DNA of 63,842 nt, filler included, from Nanobdellota archaeon (GTDB lineage Archaea; Nanobdellota; Nanobdellia; B33-G15): NCBI GenBank assembly GCA_003660925.1. It is 3 parts of 3 records of this genome, joined end to end, with 100 filler letters (N's around TTAATTAATTAA, not from the genome) between each part and the next. Parts side by side here need not be neighbours in the genome. Positions count along the whole stretch, not along the records: positions 1 to 24,856 come from QMVD01000002.1; positions 24,957 to 49,588 come from QMVD01000003.1; 1 more part is not named here. One strand, 5' to 3'. This document shows, in pieces, positions 18,356 to 27,649 of this stretch; within the stretch, counting starts at the first letter, position 1; every line of letters starts with the position of its first letter. The notes beneath the pieces are model-generated. The model had not been told where the DNA came from. It saw only the letters and a list, made by a program, of their open reading frames with translations, and ran no database searches. The translations under genes were made by a program, and so were the position numbers.

Positions 18356-19010
18356 ATTTCTCGCACAGGACCTCTCCAAATTCATCCTTCGAGAGGAAAC
18401 CTTCATACTTGCTCCCATCCACGATGATGGTGGGGTATGTTCTGACATCATAGGCACTCAACAACGCGTTCACTAGGGTTACGTTTATGTCACTGTCTAT
18501 GGCGAAGATCAGAAGGGACTCCTTGTGGAGCAACTTATAATAATCAAGAACGTAACCCTGTTCCTTACAGTTGTCGCAGTACTTGTTGGAATAGAAGTAA
18601 ACGATGATAGTATAGTTGGCATTACACTGGTGTTTCACTTTTGAGAGGACCATCATGTCATTTATTAAAAATTTCATGTATTCCGCCTTCATCCTCATGT
18701 ATTCCTCAGTCATGATCTTTCCCTCTAACTCCATCAGGGTCACTTTCTTCCCTAGCTCTTCCGCCATGTCTCCCAAGTTAGAGGCAACCCTTCTCAACAA
18801 ATCACATGAAGCGCTTCTGTTTAGGGACTCTGACATGCTCAAGATCACGTTCAAACTAACTATCTCCTCAGTAGATTCTTTGAGTTTCTGCTCGAACTCG
18901 CTCATTTTCTGTTCCCCGAAGTTCAGGCCTATGATCAAGCCAGCGAAGAATAAGAAACTAGAGATTATCAAAGCGAAAAGGAAAACCTCTACATCTCCTC
19001 CCCTCTCCAT
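18339..19010 (-). CDS. Membrane-anchored thioredoxin-fold protein
   Basis: TM, coiled coil, then YFYSNKYCDNCKEQ (CxxC) and YDVRTYPTIIV (cis-Pro loop). Confidence 0.8.
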   Translation of the reverse strand: MERGGDVEVFLFALIISSFLFFAGLIIGLNFGEQKMSEFEQKLKESTEEIVSLNVILSMSESLNRSASCDLLRRVASNLGDMAEELGKKVTLMELEGKIMTEEYMRMKAEYMKFLINDMMVLSKVKHQCNANYTIIVYFYSNKYCDNCKEQGYVLDYYKLLHKESLLIFAIDSDINVTLVNALLSAYDVRTYPTIIVDGSKYEGFLSKDEFGEVLCEKSKVCS

Positions 19011-20239
19011 CGCGTACCACCACGCCTTACTGCTTTATAAATTATGGCAAAAAGATAGAAGAGGGACATCAGGCTGAAATAGACGAAAAAGTAGGCCACG
19101 AAATGAGGGACGTATTTCCTCTCTATCTTTTCCCCAGACATCCTGTAAGATAGGTAGATGATGAGCATACTGAGTAGGGTGAATAAGAGGCCAAAACCAA
19201 ATAACGGGTTCGTCCAATAGAGGGGTTCGAATCGAAATTCAGCGTTTCTTATGTAGGGCCACACGTCGAAGTTTATGGAGTACAACCAACTTATCTGATC
19301 GAACACCGACCTGGCGAGGTCCTTGAGAAAGAGGAAGAAGATGTAGAACAAAGCGAAGATCCAAATGAAGTTGGTTGGGAGGAGGAAGAGACCTAAGATG
19401 CCATATTCAGGGTTGAAGAGCATCGTCTTGTACTTGGCCACGTTCTCTAAGTAACCAGCGTACCATCTCGTCCTTTGTTTTATCAACTCCTTAAGCTTCG
19501 CTGGCGCTTCCGTGTAGGTGATAGCATTCTTAGAGTTTTCTATCTTGTAACCCCTACTCCTTATCCTGAACGCTATCTCCATGTCTTCAGTTATATTGCC
19601 TTCATCGAACCCCCCTAGTTTCACCAAGACCTCTTTTCTGTACACAGAACCAGGACCAGGAGTAACGTACTGACAACCTAGGATGGCGAAGAGCTTCCTG
19701 AGGTATATGGAGAAAAGGTATTCTATGAGTTGAATCTTCTGCCAGATCGTTTTGTCGCTTATCACCTTCATGGCCGGTGTGACTGCCGCCACCTTTTCGT
19801 CTTCGAAGTAACCGACCATGTACAACAATGCATCTTTGGTAAAGTAGGAGTCTGCGTCTAAACACGCCACTAACTCTCCAGTAGCATGTTTTAACCCCAC
19901 GTTCAACGCTGAGGCCTTCCCCCCATTTTCCTTGTTTATGAGTTTTATGAGGCCCTTTTCCGCGTACTTCTCACATACCTTCCTGGTGTTGTCCGTGGAA
20001 CCATCATTCACCACAATTATCTCCTTCTTCGGGTAGTTAAGCTCCAAGCAAGATTCTATGGCCCTCTCGATCACGTCTTCTCCGTTCCAGACAGGTATGA
20101 TGATGCTTACCTTCGGGAATCTCTTAGGTTTAGGATCTTTCATGTTTTTCCTGTACTTATAATAAACGAGGAGCCAAAAGATGCTAGAGAATATCATGAA
20201 ATAATAGAGGATAAAGAGGATGATGTATTGCACTTCCAT
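18989..20239 (-). CDS. GT2 processive-type glycosyltransferase (PgaC/BcsA-like)
   Basis: IPVWN, VNDGSTD, GKASALN, DADS, TED, QRTRW; multiple TMs. Confidence 0.9.
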   Translation of the reverse strand: MEVQYIILFILYYFMIFSSIFWLLVYYKYRKNMKDPKPKRFPKVSIIIPVWNGEDVIERAIESCLELNYPKKEIIVVNDGSTDNTRKVCEKYAEKGLIKLINKENGGKASALNVGLKHATGELVACLDADSYFTKDALLYMVGYFEDEKVAAVTPAMKVISDKTIWQKIQLIEYLFSIYLRKLFAILGCQYVTPGPGSVYRKEVLVKLGGFDEGNITEDMEIAFRIRSRGYKIENSKNAITYTEAPAKLKELIKQRTRWYAGYLENVAKYKTMLFNPEYGILGLFLLPTNFIWIFALFYIFFLFLKDLARSVFDQISWLYSINFDVWPYIRNAEFRFEPLYWTNPLFGFGLLFTLLSMLIIYLSYRMSGEKIERKYVPHFVAYFFVYFSLMSLFYLFAIIYKAVRRGGTRWRGEEM

Positions 20240-21474
20240 CAGCTCACCTTATAGACCCAGACCTGCTTGCAGAGGTCCGAGTAATTTCCCACCAGCTCGT
20301 ACTCGAACGGTCTTTTTGCGTAGTCTGGCCAACCATAAACATCTGAGGTCACTATATAGGTTATGTTATACTCCTCGATGAACTCATTTAAATCTTGGGG
20401 GTCTGGTGGGAAGGCCTTGACTGGGACGTCGGAGTAATAAGCGGTCAAAGGCCAACCCGTTGACAACACCCTTCCCTCCAACTCTCCTACCTTGGAGAAG
20501 GCATCTTTCCCGCAATTTATGGGTTCGAAATAGATGAAATCTAAGACGAGACAGAGGAACACCAAGAGGTAGGCGTACTTCACTTGCCTCTCCTTCAGGC
20601 CGAAGGAAGAGAGCAACAACACGAAAGGGATGATAGGTAATAGGTATCTCTCTTCCTTGTGAGAGAACAATTGATGGGATGTTAAGAAGAGGAGGACGAA
20701 GGTCACGAGCAGGATCCTACTCCTGTTCTCCTTCCTGAACGCGAGGGGCAACAAGAGCAGTTGAAGAGAAAAGATGCGGTGGAGGGATTTGAGGTAAGTT
20801 AATGGGTCAGAGGGGTGATAACCTCCCCAGTAGAGACCCCACTTGAAGGAATAAAAGGGGTCGCCTGTCTCCGCGTGGTTATAACCGAGCCAGATGAGGA
20901 TAGGGATGGAAGCGAGGAACAGCCCGAGGAAGACATCTTTTCCGAACTTTTTCTTCGCGAACAGAACCAAAAGTTCAGAGACGAGGAGGATCCCCATAAC
21001 ATACCTCGTGAGGAAGGAAAGCGAGGCGAGGAAGAGGGCCAAGTGAAGGTGGATTTTCTCCTTTCCTTTCAAATAACGAAGGAGGAAGAGGACGCTCGCG
21101 AGGGCAAGCGCTGTGGAAGGTATTTCCGTGTAGATGTTGTGGGACCAGACGAAAAACAAAGGGTTCACCGCGATCAAGCTAGCGGCTAAGAGCCCTTGCT
21201 TCTCCTTCCCGTAGAACTCAGCTATCTCGTATGCTAAGAAAGAACAGGAGAGGGCGAACAAGGAGTAGACGAGCCTGGAAGCGATCAGGGAGTGCTGAAA
21301 TGGGATGAGGAGAAAGGAGAGGAGGGGAGGTCTTATGAGCTCCACGAACACCCTTTGACCGGAGAAGTACCTCGCGTTCATCAGGTAGATGGCCTCATCC
21401 CACATGACGTTCAAGTTGCTGAGCGCATTAAGGGAAAAGAGCAGGAAAATAGGGATGAATATCTTCTTATCCAC
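20239..21474 (-). CDS. GT-C glycosyltransferase (PMT/ArnT-like)
   Basis: WDEAIY...RPPLL, many TMs, HKEERYLLP. Confidence 0.85.
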   Translation of the reverse strand: MDKKIFIPIFLLFSLNALSNLNVMWDEAIYLMNARYFSGQRVFVELIRPPLLSFLLIPFQHSLIASRLVYSLFALSCSFLAYEIAEFYGKEKQGLLAASLIAVNPLFFVWSHNIYTEIPSTALALASVLFLLRYLKGKEKIHLHLALFLASLSFLTRYVMGILLVSELLVLFAKKKFGKDVFLGLFLASIPILIWLGYNHAETGDPFYSFKWGLYWGGYHPSDPLTYLKSLHRIFSLQLLLLPLAFRKENRSRILLVTFVLLFLTSHQLFSHKEERYLLPIIPFVLLLSSFGLKERQVKYAYLLVFLCLVLDFIYFEPINCGKDAFSKVGELEGRVLSTGWPLTAYYSDVPVKAFPPDPQDLNEFIEEYNITYIVTSDVYGWPDYAKRPFEYELVGNYSDLCKQVWVYKVS

Positions 21475-22348
21475 TTTTCATCAACTCCCTTAGCAAGACG
21501 GTCGCATAGCTCCCCTTCGGTAACTCAAACCTCAATAAGAGGTCCCCATCGAAGAACTTATAACCCAACCATCTTGGCTTGAAGAAGGACCTCCTCCAAT
21601 CACCCCTCGCCTTGAACCTCCTGAAATCCTCAGGTTTCACGCCATCCTTTCTCAGTTCTTCTAAGGTGTATTCATCCCACCTCTTGTATCCCGGGAGGGC
21701 AATGTACCTCGGAGCATCCCAGCCCAACTTGTTCAAGACTCTGTTGAACACCCAAGCCTGATAAGCATCCACGTACATCCTTTCCATGGGCAATCTCCTC
21801 CTTTTTACCTCTCCCCTCAACAGTTTTAAGCCCATGCTCTCGTTTCCCCCGAACCTCTGCTCTCCAAAGAGATTCGGAAGTCTCTCATACCTCATGAACT
21901 CAAATAAGGGCTTTTTCCTCCTGATTCCCCTGATGATCACCGTGAACCTGTTTCCGGCCAAACTACCTATCCTTATCTTCCTTCTCTCATGAGAGAAGTT
22001 CTTGAGGAAGGCGTCCTTTAACTTCACCTTCTTGAAGTACTTCCTGGGAATCGAGATCCTCTGAGCGGTCAGCGCCCTCTTGTCCTTCAACCCAGCATAT
22101 CCCAAGTATCTCACTGCGATCCCCAACTTCTTGGCGATCTCTCTGAGGACGTCCAACGTGTTCCTATTCCTCTTCACCAAAGTGGCGTGTACGTGTTCTC
22201 CCTCTCCTCTCACGAACAGGTCAGAGATCCTCTCGAGTGGCGAATAGCCTATCTTCCAGACCCTCCCGTCCTTTATCTCCTCGACGATGAAGTCCTCTGG
22301 TCTTCGCTTTATCTTCCCACCTATCCCTTTGGTCTCCGTCCAATACAT
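21467..22348 (-). CDS. truD: tRNA pseudouridine(13) synthase TruD, compact form
   Basis: PEDFIVEE, YAGLKDKRALTAQ, GNRF, NLFGEQRFG, FELPKGSYAT. Confidence 0.92.
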   Translation of the reverse strand: MYWTETKGIGGKIKRRPEDFIVEEIKDGRVWKIGYSPLERISDLFVRGEGEHVHATLVKRNRNTLDVLREIAKKLGIAVRYLGYAGLKDKRALTAQRISIPRKYFKKVKLKDAFLKNFSHERRKIRIGSLAGNRFTVIIRGIRRKKPLFEFMRYERLPNLFGEQRFGGNESMGLKLLRGEVKRRRLPMERMYVDAYQAWVFNRVLNKLGWDAPRYIALPGYKRWDEYTLEELRKDGVKPEDFRRFKARGDWRRSFFKPRWLGYKFFDGDLLLRFELPKGSYATVLLRELMKSG

Positions 22349-22385
22349 GGTTAGAGTTATTAATGGTGGCTTTTAATTTCATTCC

Positions 22386-22895
22386 ATGATCTTGGTCTTG
22401 AGGCTGGGGCATCGAAGGAAGAGGGACAAGCGCATGACTACCCACTGCGGATTAGTGGCGAGGGCCTTTGGGGCGGATGGAATCGTGTTATCAGGCGAGA
22501 GGGACGAGAACGTGCTGAAGAGTTTGAGGGACGTCGTCAAGAGGTGGGGAGGACCCTTCCGCATCTCGTACGAGAGGAACTGGAGGAAATTCTTGAAGGA
22601 GAAGAAGAAAGAAGGATACGAGATAGTTCACCTCACCATGTACGGCCTCCCCTTCGAGAAGAAGTTGGGGGAATTGAAGGGGAAGAACTTAGTTGTGGTC
22701 GTTGGCTCGGAGAAAGTGCCCCCGGACCTTTACGAAATGGCAGATTACAACTTAGCCATAGGGAATCAACCCCATTCTGAGGTGGCAGCCATAGCGATCC
22801 TCCTCTACGAGCTAGTGGGGATCAAGGAAGATTTCGAGGGGCGGAAGATGAAGGTCATCCCGAGGGGAAAGGGGAAAGAGGTCAAGAAACAGTAG
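22386..22895 (+). CDS. trm56: tRNA (cytidine56-2'-O)-methyltransferase
   Basis: LRLGHR..RDKRMTTH, VHLTMYG, VGSEKVP, GNQPHSEVAA. Confidence 0.93.
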   Translation: MILVLRLGHRRKRDKRMTTHCGLVARAFGADGIVLSGERDENVLKSLRDVVKRWGGPFRISYERNWRKFLKEKKKEGYEIVHLTMYGLPFEKKLGELKGKNLVVVVGSEKVPPDLYEMADYNLAIGNQPHSEVAAIAILLYELVGIKEDFEGRKMKVIPRGKGKEVKKQ

Positions 22896-24840
22896 AGACG
22901 CCTTTCACCTTCTCGACCTCGAACTTATGGTCCGCTGCCTCTTTTAACGAGGCCTCGTGGGTCACTATGATGATCTGTGGGATGTGTCTTATGTTCCTCA
23001 AGACCTCGGGCAGCGCTTTTATGTCCTCCTCATCGAATCCAGTTGTGGGTTCGTCCAACAACAACACCTCCGACCTCATGATCCCTCCGAGTTGGGCCGC
23101 TATGTCAGAAAGGGCGAGCCTGTAAGCGAGGGCGACGCTCGTCTTTTCTCCTCCAGATAAAGAGGCTATGGGGACCTCCTCCCCCTCCGCCGTGTACGCC
23201 ACCGGCTCGTAATCGTCCTTGACGTCCACTATGTACTCTCCCGTCCTCCTTATCTCCTCAAACCTCTTCTGAAACTCTGCCCTGAAGTCCCCGAGGAAGA
23301 TGTTCCTCACGATGCTCCTTATACTCCTTATATCTTCCCTCAGCCTCGAGAGGAGCATCAATACTTCTTTTAGCTTCCCCAACCTTTCCTTTGACCTCTC
23401 CAGTTCTCTCAACCTCTCCCCTAACCTCTTCGCTCGATTCTCTAACTCCAATAACCTCTCCTTCAGACCAGTCATCCTCTCCTTTAACCTCTCGTATTCC
23501 CTCCCGACCTTCTCCTTCTCCTCCAACAACATTTCATACTCCTTCTTGACCTTCTCGAGGAGTTCGTAATCGAATGGCTCCTTTATCTCTTCCTTTAAAG
23601 AATCTATCTCAGACCTCAACTCCTTGACCTTTCCCTCCTTGAACCCGAGCTCATCCATCTTCTTCTCCCTTGCCTTTTGTTTCTCCCTGGCTTCCCTAGC
23701 CCTCTCCAGTTTCCTTCCCATCTCCACCAGCGCGCGCTCCTTCTCCTCCTTCTCCTTCCTCAATCCATCCCTTTTCTTCTCGTACTCTTCCCTTATCCTT
23801 CCCATGTGTTCCTCAGAGATCTCCTGTTTACAGAAGGGGCACCTTGCCCCAGCTTTCATGCTCAGGACCTCCTCATATTCCCTTTCCAGTTCCCTCAACC
23901 TCTCCTCATATCCGTTCACTTTCTCCTTGAGGCTCGTGTATTCCCTTAGGATTTCGTCGTAATCGATTTCCTCGACCTTCATCCCATCTATTTCCTTCTT
24001 GAGTTGGAGGATCTCCTCCTCCAGACATCTCAGCTCTTTTTCCTTGCCCTCCACTAAACTCTTGGCGTTCTCATATCTCCTCCTCTTCTCCTCTAGAGCA
24101 TCTAACTTCTCTCTGGCTCTCCTGAATCTCTCACCGATTTCCACGTACTTCTTCTCACTCTCCTTCTCCTCTTCCTGGAGCTCGCGAAGCTCTTTCCTCA
24201 CCCTTTCGCTCTCCTCCTCCGTTTTTCTCATCTCCTCTCTCAAGAAGGGTTCTTCCTTCAACTCCCCTTCGATCTCGCTCACGTCCCTCTCCAAGTCCCT
24301 GAGAACTTCCCTCATGTTCTCCCAAACCAACTCATATTTGGATAACTGGAGGATCTCATCTATGTACTTCTGCCTCTCCATCTTGCTCATCGTCAACAAT
24401 TTCCTTATCTCGTCCTGCTTCGTGTAAATGGTGGTCTCGAACAGGTCCCTTGCCCTTTCCGGGAATCCGAGGGAAAGGGCTATCTGGTGATTCAAGTCCA
24501 TCTCTCTCTTCATCCCCAACCTCTCCACCCCGTCCACTCTGAAGGAGAACCCCTTGGAGAGGATGCTCTTCCCTTCCCTCACGAAGACCCTTTCTATGGT
24601 AATCAAGTGCCCACCATGCTCCACATCTAACACGACCCTCCCCCTCAGTTCCCTCCTCCTCAGGAGGAGCTCCTTTGGGATCCTAGACTCTGACCCGAAC
24701 AAGGCATACTCTATCGCCATGAGGATGCTCGATTTCCCTGACCCCGTCCTCCCCGAGATCACGGTTATCCCATCGTCGAAGCACACCTCCGTGTACTTGT
24801 GAGACCTTATGTTCTCCAGGATCACCCTCCTTATCCTCAT
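22882..24840 (-). CDS. rad50: Rad50-like SMC ATPase
   Basis: ENIRSH, GRTGSGKSS, Q-loop, CPFC zinc hook, LSGGE, LLDEPT, VTH. Confidence 0.9.
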   Translation of the reverse strand: MRIRRVILENIRSHKYTEVCFDDGITVISGRTGSGKSSILMAIEYALFGSESRIPKELLLRRRELRGRVVLDVEHGGHLITIERVFVREGKSILSKGFSFRVDGVERLGMKREMDLNHQIALSLGFPERARDLFETTIYTKQDEIRKLLTMSKMERQKYIDEILQLSKYELVWENMREVLRDLERDVSEIEGELKEEPFLREEMRKTEEESERVRKELRELQEEEKESEKKYVEIGERFRRAREKLDALEEKRRRYENAKSLVEGKEKELRCLEEEILQLKKEIDGMKVEEIDYDEILREYTSLKEKVNGYEERLRELEREYEEVLSMKAGARCPFCKQEISEEHMGRIREEYEKKRDGLRKEKEEKERALVEMGRKLERAREAREKQKAREKKMDELGFKEGKVKELRSEIDSLKEEIKEPFDYELLEKVKKEYEMLLEEKEKVGREYERLKERMTGLKERLLELENRAKRLGERLRELERSKERLGKLKEVLMLLSRLREDIRSIRSIVRNIFLGDFRAEFQKRFEEIRRTGEYIVDVKDDYEPVAYTAEGEEVPIASLSGGEKTSVALAYRLALSDIAAQLGGIMRSEVLLLDEPTTGFDEEDIKALPEVLRNIRHIPQIIIVTHEASLKEAADHKFEVEKVKGVSTVS

Positions 24841-24856
24841 AGCCCTAGCATCCCGA

Positions 24857-24956
24857 NNNNNNNNNNNNNNNNNNNNNNNNNNNNNNNNNNNNNNNNNNNN
24901 TTAATTAATTAANNNNNNNNNNNNNNNNNNNNNNNNNNNNNNNNNNNNNNNNNNNN
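24857..24956. other. Artificial contig-joining spacer
   Basis: N44 + TTAATTAATTAA (stops in all six frames) + N44. Confidence 0.97.
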
Positions 24957-25813
24957 AAGGAAGAGGGGAACTCTGGCACTTTGTAATCGTACTTGAAGAT
25001 GTCCTTCAAGACCCAGGAGAGGATCAAAAACGGGGTGGAAAGGAGGAAGATGGCGAAGAGGCTCGCCAAGATATCCCCCTTCATACTTTCCGTGGCTATT
25101 TCTTCCACCTCCCCATCTAGGGCACCCACGAACGCCAGGGCAAAGCCAAAATAAATGAGGAAGCAGAAGAACATGGCGAGTAGGATCACCTTCTTCATCC
25201 TCTTCTTGTCCTTCTCCATGATCCTTTCCAGGTTTGGTATCACCGTGTAACCGCTCCAGGCGAACATCAAGACCCCATATGGATAGAGCCAGAGCCTCAG
25301 GTCGAACTGAGAGAGGTTTTCCAGCTTGATTTCAGGCAACAAGAGGAGGCAAAGGATGGAGATAAGGAGCACCTTTATCACGAGGAGAAAGCCTTCCACC
25401 TCTTCTATCATCCTCAGCCCCTTGTACACCACCGGAAAGGCGAAGATCAAGAATATAGTGGAGTAGAGCAAGCTATCTCCTCCCAGGATGTCCCGAAAGG
25501 ACACACCTATTCCAGCGAGGTAGGCCATGAGAGCTCCATAGATCCCAATGACCTGTAAGGCGAGCATGAAGTGCTTCCCACGCTTCCCGAGGTATTTTCC
25601 CGCTAGCCCTGGCATTTGTCTTATCTCCCTCGTCCTGAGCACGATCTCCGCGGTGTACAGCATCACCAAGGTGCTCATGAACCCCACGATGATGAGGGTC
25701 AAGAGCCCTGTCAAAAAACCTGATTGGGCGAAGACGTAGGGGATCCCAAGAGTTCCCGCCCCCACCACTGTCCCCACGATGGCAGCTATCCCCCTCAGTT
25801 CCTCCTTCCTCAT
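24957..25813 (-). CDS. Amino acid permease (TyrP/HAAAP-like), 3'-truncated by the spacer
   Basis: MRKEELRGIAAIVGTVVGAGTLGIPYVFAQSG; multiple TMs. Confidence 0.85.
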
Positions 25814-25931
25814 GCCCTTTCCCAAGAAGTCGGGATTTAAATCATTTGGGTTAGGTCCCACGCTTCCCCAAATAAAGTTCCTAGATTACCTTTTTGGAAA
25901 AGATTTTAAACATCCTTGCCCGGTTAAAATT

Positions 25932-26006
25932 GCCCCCGTCGTCTAGTCCGGTCAAGGATGCGAGCCTCTCGAGCTCGAGACCCGGGTTCAAATCCCGGCG
26001 GGGGCA
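25932..26006 (+). tRNA. tRNA-Glu(CTC)
   Basis: Acceptor GCCCCCG/CGGGGGC; CGAGC-CTCTCGA-GCTCG; GTTCAAATC; no encoded CCA. Confidence 0.95.
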
Positions 26007-26037
26007 AAAAATTAAATCCACCACTTCCCTTCAAATC

Positions 26038-26703
26038 ATGCGATACGATGGGAAAAGGTTTCTAGTGACGGCTGGCCCCACCATAGAATACATAGATCCC
26101 ATCAGGGTCATTTCGAACAGGAGCAGTGGGAGGATGGGCATCATCTTCTCAGAGGAAGTCTTGAAGAGGGGAGGAGAAGTCAACCTGGTTTTAGGCCACA
26201 CCCCTCTCTCACCTCCAAACGAGGTAAAGCTTTACAGGGTAGAGACCACTGAAGAGATGAAGAAGAAAGTCGAGGAGCTCCTGAGGGAGGGGAAGTTCGA
26301 CATCTTCTTCTCCGCAGCAGCAGTGGCCGACTATAAACCCAGCTCCTCTTATTCTAGGAAGTTGAGCACTAGGGAGGAGAAGGAGATCGTGGTGAGGCTC
26401 GTGCCGACCCCGAAGATCATAAGGAGCGTGAAGCGCATATCACCTGATATAATTCTGGTAGCCTTCAAGGCAGAACTGACTCCTGATGAGAAGGTCTTGG
26501 AAGAGAGGGCGAGGCTGTTGATGAAGGAGTCGAAGTGCGATGTAGTGATCTCCCATGACGTCTCGAGAAAAGAGGCTGGGTTCCTCGTTGACAGGATTTC
26601 TGGCCTAATAGTGACCCACGAGGGGGTCACACCTTTTGATGGGGGTAAAAGGGAACTATCCGTTCTCCTCCTGGACGAGATCATCCCGGGGTTCATGAGA
26701 TGA
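26038..26703 (+). CDS. coaB: Phosphopantothenate-cysteine ligase, stand-alone CoaB
   Basis: LVTAGPTIEYIDPIRVISNRSSGRMG, AAAVADY, PTPKII, FKAE. Confidence 0.88.
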   Translation: MRYDGKRFLVTAGPTIEYIDPIRVISNRSSGRMGIIFSEEVLKRGGEVNLVLGHTPLSPPNEVKLYRVETTEEMKKKVEELLREGKFDIFFSAAAVADYKPSSSYSRKLSTREEKEIVVRLVPTPKIIRSVKRISPDIILVAFKAELTPDEKVLEERARLLMKESKCDVVISHDVSRKEAGFLVDRISGLIVTHEGVTPFDGGKRELSVLLLDEIIPGFMR

Positions 26704-27122
26704 GGGGCATCTACGTGTTATTAATCGAAGTGAAGAAAGACCTAAGGATAAGGATAGGGAAGCTCGGGACAATAGACTTCAGAAAGGGAACGTATGCCTA
26801 TGTCGGTTCTGCCCAAAACAGCTTGGAGAAGAGGGTGGAGAGACACCTGAAGAGGAGGAAAAGGAGGTTCTGGCACATAGATCACCTCCTTTCTAATCCT
26901 CATGTAAAGGTCTTGAAGGTGTTCTGGAAGGAGGAAAGGAGGGAATGGGAGTGTCTCCTGGCGAGGAAGTTGGGAGAGAAATACGAGGCAGTAAGAGGGT
27001 TTGGCTGTTCCGATTGTAAGTGCACTTCTCATCTCTTCAAGGTTGGGAAAAGGTTTAAACTCCCTGGTTTCAGCATTCTATCATGTGGTGGGAGGAGAGG
27101 AGAAAAGAGCTCAGCAAGATAA
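26700..27122 (+). CDS. GIY-YIG-like nuclease (DUF123 type)
   Basis: GIYVL...YAYVGSA...RVERH...WHID...EC...GFGCSDCKCTSHL. Confidence 0.88.
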   Translation: MRGIYVLLIEVKKDLRIRIGKLGTIDFRKGTYAYVGSAQNSLEKRVERHLKRRKRRFWHIDHLLSNPHVKVLKVFWKEERREWECLLARKLGEKYEAVRGFGCSDCKCTSHLFKVGKRFKLPGFSILSCGGRRGEKSSAR

Positions 27123-27649
27123 TAGATGGGACGCCTTTCAAGAAGTACAAGCGGAAGATCCTGCGAGAATACGAGAGGATCTGCAATAAAGGTGTGCCGA
27201 AGAGGTATACCCTGGCAGCGGCTACTTTAGAGGTACTAGTGAGCGAGGGGGAGGCGGTTTCCCTAGAAGATGTGGTCTCAGCATTAGGAATCTCGAGGGG
27301 AGGGGTCACGAAGGTCATCAAGAGGCTCTACGGGAGGGTCCCTTCTTCAAGTGTGGATAATTACGTGGAAAGGGCATTGCACCTGCTCGGCCTCCCTTCT
27401 TCCTTCAAAGAGGGAATCATGCGCGTTTATAGGGAGCACGAATCCTTATTAAAGAGATACAAACCGACTGTGAGAGCAGCGACTTGTATATGCTTGTATT
27501 TGGAGGAGATGGGCATGTTGGGGAGGAAAGCCATAACCAAGAAGAAGGTGGTGAGGAGCCTGAACGTGGGCTACTCCACCATCAGGACCGTCCTCAACCT
27601 CATTGAGAAATCACGTAGGAAGGTGGTAGAACCCCTTCTCCTCACTTGA
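27083..27649 (+). CDS. Truncated TFB/TFIIB-like protein (cyclin repeats only)
   Basis: AAATL...SLEDVVSALGIS; YVERA..LGL; KPTVRAATCI...ITKKKVVRSLNVGYSTIR; no Zn ribbon. Confidence 0.6.
   Translation: MWWEERRKELSKIIDGTPFKKYKRKILREYERICNKGVPKRYTLAAATLEVLVSEGEAVSLEDVVSALGISRGGVTKVIKRLYGRVPSSSVDNYVERALHLLGLPSSFKEGIMRVYREHESLLKRYKPTVRAATCICLYLEEMGMLGRKAITKKKVVRSLNVGYSTIRTVLNLIEKSRRKVVEPLLLT

Noticed and set aside
24837..24856. rad50 apparently lacking mre11
   Set aside because: An upstream frame ending GMLGL* overlaps the rad50 start and is cut by the spacer, so absence cannot be inferred.
24857..24956. Palindromic TTAATTAATTAA inside an N run, repeated at 49633-49644
   Set aside because: Identical 44+12+44 layout with stops in six frames: an assembly spacer. 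Linkage between the pilus locus and the giant protein cannot be claimed.
25894..26037. Extended N-termini in the ORF track (coaB, 37255, 38739, 39031, 30002, 11822)
   Set aside because: They run through tRNAs, promoters or opposite-strand genes; downstream ATGs fit motifs, overlaps and TATA spacing better.
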